Shown here in pieces: positions 10,353 through 20,487 of a stretch of 64,000 bases of DNA. The DNA comes from Sedimentisphaeraceae bacterium JB056 (GTDB lineage: Bacteria; Planctomycetota; Phycisphaerae; Sedimentisphaerales; Sedimentisphaeraceae). The notes under the pieces are model-generated. The model saw nothing but the letters and a program-made list of their open reading frames with translations. It was not told the origin of the DNA and did no database searches. How positions within the stretch are numbered: position 1 is the first letter of the stretch; every line of letters starts with the position of its first letter. The DNA lies in assembly GCA_044440125.1 (NCBI GenBank), contig JBITAJ010000004.1:160001-224000 (forward strand). The letters are read 5' to 3'. A program made the translations under genes and the position numbers.

Positions 10353-10934
10353 TTAGCTCCTGTCGGGATTATATATCTTGCCGCCGTTGTTTTTATAGTC
10401 CATCAAAACTTCTCTGGCTCTCTCGCGGCAAAGCTCGGTCTCGACCTTTATCCCCCGATTGATATACTCATCCTTCCAATTCTTCGGTTTAGGACCCTCA
10501 TCAAAACCCGCTTCCCTTGCATCAGCATCCGTAGCACCACAAAGTATCCGGCTGATACCCGACCACATCACACCACCCATGCACATGCAGCACGGCTCAG
10601 TTGAAGTCGCCATCTCACAACCGCCCTCAAGTCGGGAAAGATCGAAATTATTGATAGTATTCTGGGCTGTTATTATCGCTACCATCTCAGCATGTGCAAC
10701 CGAACAATTCACGTTCGTAACCAGATTTATGCCGATAGAGAGCAGCTTACCGCCGTTATGTGAGAAAATTGCCGCTCCGAATGGGCCTCCCGTACCATAC
10801 TGAATATTGAGCCGCGACAGCTCTATGGCAAGCATGATCTTCTCCCTGTCGCTGACAAACCTGTGGCTCTGATACTCCGTAAGAAAACTGTCCGCCCAGA
10901 AAGGCAGTACTACTTTCATTTCAGGATCGGTCAT
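10353..10934 (-). CDS. Nucleoside/guanine deaminase (CMP/dCMP deaminase zinc-binding family)
   Basis: GGPFGAAI, AHAE and EPCCMC motifs. Confidence 0.9.
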   Translation of the reverse strand: MTDPEMKVVLPFWADSFLTEYQSHRFVSDREKIMLAIELSRLNIQYGTGGPFGAAIFSHNGGKLLSIGINLVTNVNCSVAHAEMVAIITAQNTINNFDLSRLEGGCEMATSTEPCCMCMGGVMWSGISRILCGATDADAREAGFDEGPKPKNWKDEYINRGIKVETELCRERAREVLMDYKNNGGKIYNPDRS

Positions 10935-10978
10935 GTCATCTCTCCCAATTAAACTAACCTTATTTCTCTCCTGCGAAC

Positions 10979-11011
10979 CCGCTTACCCGAGCCGCAACCG
11001 TAAGGAAGCGG
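10979..11011. repeat. REP-like hairpin downstream of hisG
   Basis: CCGCTT...CCGAGCCGCAACCGTAAGGAAGCGG; resembles, from memory, the planctomycete AGCCGCGACCGTnAGGGAGCGG repeat. Confidence 0.45.
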
Positions 11012-11033
11012 ATATTTCACTAATCACTGCTTG

Positions 11034-11882
11034 TCAGATACGGCAGGTCTTTATATCGGTAACGATAATGCCCTTGGCATCAATATCAACAAGCTGGTCG
11101 ATTATCTTATTAACCTGTTTCTTCTTGAACATCGCCTTAACAGCTACCCAGCCGTCTTTGCTCAGAGGTGAAATTGTAGGCGACTCGATGCCCGGAGTTA
11201 TTTCGCAAGCCTCTTTAAGCTTACTTTTCTCAACATCATACTCGATCACCGCATATTCTCGTGCAACAATTATGCCGTTAAGCCTTTTTATAAACAGTTT
11301 CACATCCTCATTTTCAAGGATATCGCGATTCCTGGCCATAACACACGCTTCAGAGCTCATTATCGGCTCGCCAACTGTCTTAAGACCGGCAGCAACAAGC
11401 GTTTTGCCCGATTCGACAACATCCGCTATCGCATCGGCAACACCAAGCTGTATTGATATCTCAACGGCTCCGTCAAGACGAACAACATCGGCATTAACGC
11501 CGCGACGTTCCAGATCCGCCTTTACGATATTCGGATAAGATGTGGCAATACGCAAACCCTCGAACTTATCGGGTACAAGATCGCTTTCCTTAGGTAATGC
11601 GTAGAAAAAGCGGCTTTTTCCAATACCAAGAGGCAAAAGCTCCTCAAGTTCAGAACCGCTGTCGATAGCAAGATCACGACCTGTAATACCAAGGTCAAGG
11701 ATGCCTTTGCTCACATATATCGCAATATCGCGAGGACGAAGATAAACAAACTCGATGTTATTTTCCTTATCCACAACCGTCAATTCACGACCGTCACGCT
11801 TGCATTTATAGCCCGCGGCGGTAATAAGCTCTATCGATACATTGGACAATGAACCTTTATTGGGAAACGCTATTTGTAACAT
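11034..11882 (-). CDS. hisG: ATP phosphoribosyltransferase (long form)
   Basis: IAFPNKGSL, LRPRDI, DLGITGRD, IATSYP, GAVE, IADVVESGKTL, PGIESPTIS. Confidence 0.97.
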   Translation of the reverse strand: MLQIAFPNKGSLSNVSIELITAAGYKCKRDGRELTVVDKENNIEFVYLRPRDIAIYVSKGILDLGITGRDLAIDSGSELEELLPLGIGKSRFFYALPKESDLVPDKFEGLRIATSYPNIVKADLERRGVNADVVRLDGAVEISIQLGVADAIADVVESGKTLVAAGLKTVGEPIMSSEACVMARNRDILENEDVKLFIKRLNGIIVAREYAVIEYDVEKSKLKEACEITPGIESPTISPLSKDGWVAVKAMFKKKQVNKIIDQLVDIDAKGIIVTDIKTCRI

Positions 11883-12218
11883 TTTTCTCTCTCTTAAAAT
11901 GTGGCTAAACCACTGATTTTCTACAATTTACAAAATTAAGACCGGATTCGAAGCAAAATAATAAAACCCTAAAACCAGTCAGTCAAACAGGTATTATAAA
12001 CCAACCGCCCCAAAAAGCAAATACAACAGACAAATTATCACCCCCTATGACACAAAAACAGTCAGAATAATAAGATAGATAAGGTTCACCATCTTTAAAA
12101 CACTGAAAAATTTTACATCATTAGTTTTATATATTACAAGCTTTAATTCATAAAAATACGCCTTTTTATGGTATAATGAACAAAAAGGCTTTTTATCGAA
12201 TAATATAACTGTATAACT

Positions 12219-15032
12219 ATGAAACAAATAAAACCACTTTTCACAATCACAATCCTCTGTATAACTCTGTTTATATGTTCCGGAGCAGTTGGATCGGAAT
12301 TCACCTTTAACGTCAGCCAGAACGCATTCATTGATCAGGAGCAGCCGAATACCAACTTTGACGGCGAAGAAATCCTTATTGCTCAACGCGACCCGCTGGG
12401 CAAGAAAATATACCTCCAGTTCAACCTCTCCTTTCTTACCGAACCGGTATGCGACATAACAGCTCTTGAATTCGACTATGCCGGAACTTACGGCAGGTAC
12501 GGACAGGCACATTTAATCACCGGTGAGAGCGCAAACAACTGGCAGCAGTCGGCAATAACATGGAATAATGCTCCATCCAACGATACTTCCAGTCCTCACG
12601 GATTTCTTGGAGATGCGGTTTACATCGGACAAGTAGATATCACCGGATACGGCGAATTTGGCACCGTCAATATAATATGGGACTCCAACACCGCCAAAGA
12701 AGCGGTTATAAACGAGCTCAACTCAGCCGACAGAAAGGCCACAATCGCAGTCAGCCGTAACGGCGACAGGTCTGTCCAGTATTACAGCAAAGAAGCTCAG
12801 GGCGATATCCATCCGGTTAAAATGACTGTTGATTTAGATTATTACGGCAATCCCGACCTAAACAACGATGGTATTATACAAACTCAAGACCTCTCAATGT
12901 TGGTTGCACAATGGCTCGAAACCGAACAGGATGTGCAATTGGCCGCCGATATCAGCGATGACGGGAAAGTCTCTCTTGAAGATTACTCTGTATTAACCAA
13001 TTATTGGCAGAAAACTCCGCCTTTCCCGCTTAATCTCTATAATTATCCGATGAGTGATGCCGAGCTTCTAAGCGTAGTCAATTTGGATTTGCCGCAGCTC
13101 GCTCAGGTCAAATACTACTACGAACAACAAAATTACACCCGGGCCATATCTGAACTCATATCATATTACAGAAACAGGCAAGGCACTAACTGGTGGTTTG
13201 ATCCGCATACAATAGACCCTGACGTCATCAGCGACAGCGACCTTAGCACTTCTTCAGGCATAATGGACGGTACATGGTGGCAGATCAACTGGCAAGCCGA
13301 CGGCACACCCGACTGGCTTGATTACAACTATCTATATATGCCCCGAATGTATTTTATGACGACCCTTGGAACAGAATACTGGTACAGCCAGTCAGAATTC
13401 CCCGCCGCCCACGCTTATGTCAAAACGCTGAGAAGCTGGGTAAATCAAGTCACATCCGGGCTCCCTTATTGGGGACAGATGGTAGCCGGTATAAGGATGC
13501 GATCGGGCTGGTCTAATGCTTTTAATTACTTCCTGCATTCGCCGACTGTTACCGACCAGGATCTCGCTTTGCACATCAAATCAAGCATCCAGCAGCTTCG
13601 CTACCTCCGTAACAATATGGTCAGCAATGTACCCAATCACCTTGCTTTCGCCCGTGCAGGACTTTATGCCGGCGGAGTTCTTTTCAACGAGCTCAAAGAA
13701 GCACAGGACTGGCGCAACTATGCCGCACAAACCACTATCGAGGCTTTGACAGAAGACCATATGCCCGATGGCTGCAGTCTGGAGTTGAGTGTTGGCTACA
13801 GCCAATTTTTCCTGACAGATTATCTTGAAAGCATCTACGACCTTGCCGTATTAACAGGAAGAGAAAACGAAAGCTACATACAGCAGATAATCGATAAATG
13901 TGAGCAGCCGGCCGAGTTTTACGTAAGGCTCATGACACCGGACAGACAATCTCCATCGTATAACGACAACGTTGGACCGGATGTCGTATCTTTAATGGAG
14001 AGACTTATAGACAAATATCCTGACAGACAAGACTTCCTCTGGATAGCCACCGATGGCCAACAGGGAAGCATGCCTGATTACACATCCTGTTTCCTGCCAT
14101 ACTCCGGCTATGCGGCAATGAGAAGCGGATGGGCCACAGATGACAACTATTTAGGCTTTGACAATGCACCGACAGGAAGAACGCACTGCCATATGGATAA
14201 GCTTAATGTTGTGGTTTGGGCATACGGCAGAGAAATTGTCTTTGAATTCAAAGGTCCAAGAAACGACAACGAGGACCCCTGGAGCCTTTATTCGCAGGAT
14301 ACGTTCTCGCACAACACCGGCCTTGTTGATAATCGCCCGCAGAGAAGAGCCTGGGGCACCCCCAATCCTACGCAGATGCCTTATCAACCGCTTGATAATG
14401 TAGAGTGGGTAACAACCGCCGAATATGATTATGCATGGGGAGTGTATGACGGTTCTTACGGCATGCAGGGCGCTTCCGATGCCTATCCTTACAGCACCGG
14501 CTCAAACTTCTATGATAACTGGGTTGAGCCGGCTTATCACTACAGGAAGGTATTTTTCCTCAAACCGGATATTTTCATAGTAAACGATATGTTCGTAACC
14601 CGAGACGGCCAGCCGCATGATTATGAGTTGCGGTTCAATCTCGACTCAACGTACACAAGAACAAGAAACACAAACTGGGTAACTACCGCTCAGACAGGCG
14701 TACCTAATCTTGAGGTTATCCCTCTTATGACTGACGGCTTGACTACGAACGTGGTTTCTGGTCAGACTGAACCGCAGATAATGGGCTGGGATATTAACGC
14801 AACAAACCTAAGCACTCACCGGGCCACAACAGTCCAATACATCAAGACAAACAGCGGCACAGTTGAATTCCTGACCCTTCTTATGCCTCAACAGGCAGGC
14901 TCGGTAATTAAAACAAGCTCAGTAAACAAAATTGATGACCACAACTATCAGGTAATGCTGAACGATGGACGCTCATTTACATTGCAGACAAGCTCCGACC
15001 CATACGCACAAATCTCAGCAGCCTTCGATTGA
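12219..15032 (+). CDS. Secreted heparinase II/III-like polysaccharide lyase with DNRLRE/CBM96-like N-terminus and dockerin
   Basis: Signal peptide; AFID..QPNTNF...YLQFNLS; paired dockerin repeats; PNH, ELSVGY, SGYAAMRSGW, HCHMDKL, SHNT lyase motifs. Confidence 0.8.
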   Translation: MKQIKPLFTITILCITLFICSGAVGSEFTFNVSQNAFIDQEQPNTNFDGEEILIAQRDPLGKKIYLQFNLSFLTEPVCDITALEFDYAGTYGRYGQAHLITGESANNWQQSAITWNNAPSNDTSSPHGFLGDAVYIGQVDITGYGEFGTVNIIWDSNTAKEAVINELNSADRKATIAVSRNGDRSVQYYSKEAQGDIHPVKMTVDLDYYGNPDLNNDGIIQTQDLSMLVAQWLETEQDVQLAADISDDGKVSLEDYSVLTNYWQKTPPFPLNLYNYPMSDAELLSVVNLDLPQLAQVKYYYEQQNYTRAISELISYYRNRQGTNWWFDPHTIDPDVISDSDLSTSSGIMDGTWWQINWQADGTPDWLDYNYLYMPRMYFMTTLGTEYWYSQSEFPAAHAYVKTLRSWVNQVTSGLPYWGQMVAGIRMRSGWSNAFNYFLHSPTVTDQDLALHIKSSIQQLRYLRNNMVSNVPNHLAFARAGLYAGGVLFNELKEAQDWRNYAAQTTIEALTEDHMPDGCSLELSVGYSQFFLTDYLESIYDLAVLTGRENESYIQQIIDKCEQPAEFYVRLMTPDRQSPSYNDNVGPDVVSLMERLIDKYPDRQDFLWIATDGQQGSMPDYTSCFLPYSGYAAMRSGWATDDNYLGFDNAPTGRTHCHMDKLNVVVWAYGREIVFEFKGPRNDNEDPWSLYSQDTFSHNTGLVDNRPQRRAWGTPNPTQMPYQPLDNVEWVTTAEYDYAWGVYDGSYGMQGASDAYPYSTGSNFYDNWVEPAYHYRKVFFLKPDIFIVNDMFVTRDGQPHDYELRFNLDSTYTRTRNTNWVTTAQTGVPNLEVIPLMTDGLTTNVVSGQTEPQIMGWDINATNLSTHRATTVQYIKTNSGTVEFLTLLMPQQAGSVIKTSSVNKIDDHNYQVMLNDGRSFTLQTSSDPYAQISAAFD

Positions 15033-15062
15033 CAGTTTGCCGCAAAAAACATCCGAAATTTC

Positions 15063-15094
15063 AAAGGGACGCGATTAATCGCGTCCCTTTTTTT
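15063..15094 (+). terminator. Intrinsic terminator
   Basis: Perfect palindrome AAAGGGACGCGATTAATCGCGTCCCTTT followed by a T run. Confidence 0.85.
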
Positions 15095-15305
15095 GGTTGA
15101 TGATTACACAAAATTCTATTATCACACAAAGAAAATAAGCGATTTTAATTCAATACCGCAAGTTTTACGGGATTTTTTTGTCTAAATATGTAGAATAATC
15201 AGCAATAGACGTAAATTAACCGCTCATAAAATGCTGTTTGCCTTGAGATCTAAATCTGTTATACTGTTTATGTTGTTATTATAAAACTCCTTGGACACTA
15301 AAATT

Positions 15306-16088
15306 ATGAATTACTGGACAGAATTAAGTATTGAATACGCTAACCAAAGGTCGTATCTTGATGACCTTTTCTCTGTATATCCTACTATACCTGATGGTAT
15401 AAGAAAAATTAATACAACAAAATGGGATTTAGTAGAATCTTCTTTCAAGGCTAAAGACAATACTAGTCTTTTGAGAAATTTACTAACACTTGATTTATTT
15501 CCAATCAAGGACTCATATATTGCTTTTCTTAAAAGAGACAAATCTGCAATAGAACGAAATCCTAAGACAGTCAACAGGATTTGTGGTAGACTATATGATA
15601 TGGGACTTGATAAAATATTTGAGAGATGCAGTGAAGCAAAAGAAACAAATCGACAAATTGGCCCTATGTTTCGTAGATGGCTTACCAATAAATCACTTGG
15701 TATTATGCCTGTAAGTATAGGAGAATTTATATCAAACAAAGATGATGCAATTCTTAATGGAAGCGATGAAGTAATTGCCGAATTTGCAAGAAAAGAATTG
15801 GGCTACAACCACAATAAAGGACTTGATTTTTTAGCAAGGTTCAATAATCAGTATATAATCGGTGAGGCAAAATTTCTTACAGATTACGGTGGACACCAAA
15901 ATGCACAATTCAATGATGCTATAGCAATACTGGAAACAAAAAATGTTAAAGCTATCAAAGTTGCAATCTTAGATGGCGTAGTCTATATAAAAAGCCAAAG
16001 CAAAATGTATAGAGAAATTACGACCAAGTATAAAGATTACAATATTATGAGTTCTTTGGTTTTACGCGACTTTCTATATCAGGTATAA
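15306..16088 (+). CDS. Type II restriction endonuclease, Tsp45I-like (PD-(D/E)xK)
   Basis: MNYWTELSIEYANQRSYLDDLF N-terminus; KGLDF...IGEAKFLTDYGGHQNAQ; adjacent to a DNA MTase. Family name is from memory. Confidence 0.75.
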   Translation: MNYWTELSIEYANQRSYLDDLFSVYPTIPDGIRKINTTKWDLVESSFKAKDNTSLLRNLLTLDLFPIKDSYIAFLKRDKSAIERNPKTVNRICGRLYDMGLDKIFERCSEAKETNRQIGPMFRRWLTNKSLGIMPVSIGEFISNKDDAILNGSDEVIAEFARKELGYNHNKGLDFLARFNNQYIIGEAKFLTDYGGHQNAQFNDAIAILETKNVKAIKVAILDGVVYIKSQSKMYREITTKYKDYNIMSSLVLRDFLYQV

Positions 16089-16092
16089 TTTA

Positions 16093-17157
16093 ATGAACAA
16101 TTTGCTTATAAAAGGTAACAATATTGATGCATTGAATATGCTTATTCACGAAAAGGGATTGAAAGAATCTGTAGATTTGGTCTATATAGACCCTCCTTTT
16201 GCAACCAATTGCAATTTTACTATCACAGATGGTAGAGCTTCAACTATAAGCAATTCAAGAGATGGACAACTTGCATATTCTGATAAATTGCTTGGTGATG
16301 ATTATTTAGATTTCTTAAAAGAGAGATTGCTCCTTCTAAAAGAATTGCTTTCTGAAAGAGGCTCTATATATCTTCACATTGACTATAAAATAGGCCATTA
16401 TGTTAAAATTCTGATGGATGAAATATTTGGTATAGAAAATTTTCGCAATGATATAACAAGAGTTAAATGCAACCCTAAAAATTTCAAGCGTCTTGGTTAT
16501 GGTAATATTAAAGACCTAATTCTATTTTATACTAAAGGGGCTTCGCCGATATGGAATGAACCAAGACTTCCCTACACAGAAAAAGAATTAGAAAATTTGT
16601 TTTCTAAAACAGACAAGAACCAAAGGAGATATACAACTGTACCTATTCATGCACCGGGAGAAACAAAAAATGGCAAATCATCACAAATGTTTAAGGGAAT
16701 GTTACCGCCTAAAGGCAGACACTGGCGAACAGATATTGAAACATTAGAAGAATGGGACAAGCAGGGACTTATTGAGTGGTCATCAACTGGGAATCCGCGT
16801 AAAATCATTTATGCTGACGAGAGAGAAGGTAAGAGAGTACAGGATATATGGGAATTTAAGGACCCTCAATACCCTTCATATCCTACTGAAAAAAATCCGG
16901 ACCTACTCGACTTAATTATCAAAACATCTTCCAATAAAGGCAGTATTGTTATGGATTGCTTTTGCGGCTCAGGCACAACACTTAAAGCAGCTCATATTAA
17001 TTCTCGTAAATGGATTGGTATAGATGAATCTGAACATGCGATTAGTGCAACAAAAAACAAACTTCAAAATATTGAGGGCGATCTTTTCACGCCTAAAATC
17101 GAATATGATTTTTTGGAGATTATGCCAGAGTTGGTGACTTCAGAATCAGCTATATAA
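16093..17157 (+). CDS. Beta-class amino (N6A/N4C) DNA methyltransferase
   Basis: YIDPPF precedes YPTEK and DCFCGSGTT (motif IV before motif I). Confidence 0.93.
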   Translation: MNNLLIKGNNIDALNMLIHEKGLKESVDLVYIDPPFATNCNFTITDGRASTISNSRDGQLAYSDKLLGDDYLDFLKERLLLLKELLSERGSIYLHIDYKIGHYVKILMDEIFGIENFRNDITRVKCNPKNFKRLGYGNIKDLILFYTKGASPIWNEPRLPYTEKELENLFSKTDKNQRRYTTVPIHAPGETKNGKSSQMFKGMLPPKGRHWRTDIETLEEWDKQGLIEWSSTGNPRKIIYADEREGKRVQDIWEFKDPQYPSYPTEKNPDLLDLIIKTSSNKGSIVMDCFCGSGTTLKAAHINSRKWIGIDESEHAISATKNKLQNIEGDLFTPKIEYDFLEIMPELVTSESAI

Positions 17158-17173
17158 TTACAAATCATGACAA

Positions 17174-19138
17174 ATGCCTCTTATACGCTTAGAAAATATA
17201 TATAAATCGTTCGGTACTGACCACCTTTTCGATGCCCTTGAGCTCAAGATATACCGCAAGGAGAAAGTCGGTCTTATCGGCAGCAACGGCACAGGCAAGA
17301 CCACCCTCTTCAAGATGATACTCGGCAAAGAGCAGCCCGATGCCGGCGAGATCATCAAGCGGGACGGTATCAGCATCGGTTATCTGCCGCAGGAGCCATA
17401 TTTTGACGGCGAAAAAACCGTCATAGAAGAGATGCACTCCAACCTCGCCCACCTATTCGAGATGCAGGAAAAGGTTGAATCTCTGGCAAAACAGATGGAG
17501 ACGGTAAAAGGCGAAAAGCTCGAAAGCATCATGGCCGAATATGAAGAACGGAGCCTTGCATTTGAGCTTGCCGGCGGCTACGATTACGAAACCCAGATCA
17601 AGCTTATCCTTTCAGGCGTCGGCATTGATGAGGAGTTCTATGATGTCAAGACATCAGCACTTAGCGGCGGCCAGCTTTCAAGACTGGGACTGGCAAGAGT
17701 ATTAATGGGCGGCTGCGATCTGCTTCTGCTTGACGAACCCACAAACCATCTCGACCTCGCAGCTACCGAATGGCTCGAAAGATTCATGCGAAATTATCCC
17801 GGCGCAGCGGTAATGATCAGCCACGACCGCTACATGCTCGACAAAGTAGCCGTAAAAATCTTCGAGCTCACGGAGCAAAGGGCAATCGTATGGAAAGGTA
17901 ACTACTCGGCATACCTTACGCAGCGTGAAAACTACCTGCTCCAGCAGGAAAGGGAATACGAAGCAAGAAAGAAGATGCTCGCCAAAGAGCAGGACTTCAT
18001 AGAACGCAACCGAAACGATGTCGGCATGAGGAAAGTTGCCCGCGGCAGGGCAAAGCGCCTCGACAGACTGCTTGACGACAACCCCGACTTCCTCAAGAAA
18101 ACAAACAAAACCCGCTCTTTGTCGTTCAACTTCGGCGATGTAAACACACTCAGCTACAACGTACTCAAATGTCGCTCGCTCAGCAAGTGTTTTGACGAGA
18201 TAAAACTCTTCGACAATCTCGACTTCGACATAACAACCGGCCAAAGGCTCGCTATAACCGGCCCCAACGGAACCGGCAAAAGTACGCTTCTGAAAATCGC
18301 ACTCGGTAAGCAAAAGCCGACCACAGGCAAGATCAAATTCGGCTCAAACCTCATCATAGGCTACATGGATCAGCGAGGCGAAGAGCTCAACAAGGAAAAC
18401 AGCGTACTCAACGAGATACTCGAGAACTACCCCCAGCTCACCCCCGAACAGGTACGCTCGAAACTCGGAGCCTTCATGTTCTTCGGCGATGATGTGTTCA
18501 AGAAGGTTGAAAACCTCTCCGGCGGCGAACAAAACAGGCTTATGCTCTGCAAGCTGGTGATGAAAAACCCCGATGTCCTCATACTCGATGAGCCGACAAA
18601 CCACCTTGATATAGCTGGCAAGGAAGCTCTCGAAGCCGCACTTCAGGAATTCAAAGGCGCAATCCTCGTAGTCAGCCACGACCGCTATTTCATAGACAGA
18701 ATAGCGGAAAAAATGCTGGTTATCGGCGTTGACGAACTCGGCAAACGTCAGATGGGCAGGCATGAATTCATAGACGGCTGCGAAAGTGTATACACTACCT
18801 ATTCAAAGCTCATCGCCCAGCGAAGCGAAAAGGCCATGCAGCAGAAGTATGCCGCAGTAAACAATAATGCCTCCGCCGGCTCATCAGGCAAACGCAGGCA
18901 TAAGGAACGCAAAACCGCCCCTGAGGACATAAAGCAGTTTAATAAATACAGGGTAGAGCAGGTTGAAGAGATGATCATGGAGACCGAAACCCAGATTGAA
19001 GAGGGCAAAGAAAAATTCGGTCTGGAGGAATACTACAAAGACCACAGCAAACTGCAGAAGCTCCAGAATGAGGTTAAGGAAAAAGAGAAATACCTCGAAC
19101 TGCTTTACAAAGCCTATGAATGGAAAGTTGACAATTAA
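17174..19138 (+). CDS. ABC-F family ATPase
   Basis: Two ABC domains (GSNGTGKT/LSGGQ/DEPTNHLD; GPNGTGKS/LSGGE/DEPTNHLD), no TM, C-terminal coiled coil. Confidence 0.95.
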   Translation: MPLIRLENIYKSFGTDHLFDALELKIYRKEKVGLIGSNGTGKTTLFKMILGKEQPDAGEIIKRDGISIGYLPQEPYFDGEKTVIEEMHSNLAHLFEMQEKVESLAKQMETVKGEKLESIMAEYEERSLAFELAGGYDYETQIKLILSGVGIDEEFYDVKTSALSGGQLSRLGLARVLMGGCDLLLLDEPTNHLDLAATEWLERFMRNYPGAAVMISHDRYMLDKVAVKIFELTEQRAIVWKGNYSAYLTQRENYLLQQEREYEARKKMLAKEQDFIERNRNDVGMRKVARGRAKRLDRLLDDNPDFLKKTNKTRSLSFNFGDVNTLSYNVLKCRSLSKCFDEIKLFDNLDFDITTGQRLAITGPNGTGKSTLLKIALGKQKPTTGKIKFGSNLIIGYMDQRGEELNKENSVLNEILENYPQLTPEQVRSKLGAFMFFGDDVFKKVENLSGGEQNRLMLCKLVMKNPDVLILDEPTNHLDIAGKEALEAALQEFKGAILVVSHDRYFIDRIAEKMLVIGVDELGKRQMGRHEFIDGCESVYTTYSKLIAQRSEKAMQQKYAAVNNNASAGSSGKRRHKERKTAPEDIKQFNKYRVEQVEEMIMETETQIEEGKEKFGLEEYYKDHSKLQKLQNEVKEKEKYLELLYKAYEWKVDN

Positions 19139-19309
19139 GAATTTAAAATTAGGAATTAGGAATTGCGAATGTTCGTTCAAGGCAGAGCTTACGCTGCAAG
19201 AAACTTTATTTTAGCGTTAGCCATTAAAAAAAGCATGAGCAAAGCGAATTCCAAAATTCCTAATTCCTAATTCCTAATTGATAATTGATAATTCTTAATT
19301 CCTAATTCT
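19133..19309. repeat. Heptamer tandem-repeat inverted element (AATTAGG)n...(TAATTCC)n
   Basis: About 5 heptamers on the left and about 9 complementary heptamers on the right, between convergent genes. Confidence 0.8.
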
Positions 19310-20198
19310 GAGTTATAAAAGTCAGCATTATCAGTTTATATAACACCAGCAAAGCGGCAACAATCACTATATATATGAAATAAAGCCTGATCTTCGGCCC
19401 CTCGAATTTCAGCCCTATTTTTGTCCCGATAGATGTACCGAGAAACCCGCCCGCAAGCAGAAAAGCGGCAAGAAACAGATCGATATCACCACCGGCACCC
19501 TTCTTGATAACCGCAACAAGCGATGATATCCAAACAAGAAGCAAGCTTGTACCCGCTGCCTTTACCGTCCTCTGCCCAACGAGATATACCAGCGCCGGAA
19601 GCAGTATAACTCCCCCGCCAACGCCTAAGAGACCGGTCAAAATACCGACAACAAGCCCGAACGCCACCAGCAAAGGAATAGATAAATGCGGTTCTTCCAG
19701 AGACTTAAACATCCCCACCGGCGGTATATGCCATTTGGAAAACATCCCCACCCTGACGGCAGGAGCAATTCCGCTATGCTTTCGGTAATCATATGAAAGA
19801 TACCCCGCTATCCATCCCAGAAGCATGAAAAACGCAAGCAGAAGCACATACTGCACAGTATCCTGCTCACGCCCCAAAACCATCATCTTCGGAGCCTGCG
19901 AAAGAATGTTAAGCAGTTTGGAACCGATAAAAACACCCACCAGCGAACCTGTCGAAATGATAACCGATATCTTCACATCGATCGTACCGCTGCCGCGTCT
20001 CTTGTAAAGGCCGTAAGTACTGTTGACCAGTATCACGGCAAGACCGGTACCGACGGCAACAGGGCCGGGCACTCCAATACAAATCATAAGAAGAGGAGTA
20101 AGCATGAACCCGCCGCCAACGCCAAAAATACCCGTCAAAACGCCTATTAACGAACCGATAAAAACTGCGGCTACTATAAAACCGACCGTCATATCCAT
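19302..20198 (-). CDS. Sulfite exporter TauE/SafE family protein
   Basis: Two GxxGVGGG repeats, AVGTGL/AAGTSL, multi-TM. Confidence 0.9.
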   Translation of the reverse strand: MDMTVGFIVAAVFIGSLIGVLTGIFGVGGGFMLTPLLMICIGVPGPVAVGTGLAVILVNSTYGLYKRRGSGTIDVKISVIISTGSLVGVFIGSKLLNILSQAPKMMVLGREQDTVQYVLLLAFFMLLGWIAGYLSYDYRKHSGIAPAVRVGMFSKWHIPPVGMFKSLEEPHLSIPLLVAFGLVVGILTGLLGVGGGVILLPALVYLVGQRTVKAAGTSLLLVWISSLVAVIKKGAGGDIDLFLAAFLLAGGFLGTSIGTKIGLKFEGPKIRLYFIYIVIVAALLVLYKLIMLTFITQN

Positions 20199-20436
20199 AG
20201 AAATACCTTTTGTGTAGTAGATTTAGATAAACAAAAACAGAAAATATCCATATAAACGACAAAACTTAAAAATAAGAATAAACCGTCATTGATATGAAAA
20301 AACACACTTAACCACTCCCCGCACAGTAAGGGTAGCGACTTAAAACGATAATGTCAATAGAGAAAAACAATCATTTTTCGTGGTGCAAGGCCAATACTGT
20401 TCGGCAGGCCACCCCTGCCACTAAATTATCGAGAGG

Positions 20437-20481
20437 CAATGATTTTAAGTTAATTTACCAGAACAAGCAAAGTCTTGATAA
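20437..20481. repeat. 45-bp direct repeat, copy 1
   Basis: CAATGATTTTAAGTTAATTTACCAG...TGATAA; 37/45 identical to 22762-22806. Confidence 0.7.
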
Positions 20482-20487
20482 CAACAC

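Noticed and set aside
11941..11953. GGATTCGAA resembling a tRNA T-loop on the minus strand
   Set aside because: No cloverleaf stems or acceptor end around it.
19133..19309. Possible CRISPR array
   Set aside because: Units are 7 bp without unique spacers, and no cas genes are in the window.
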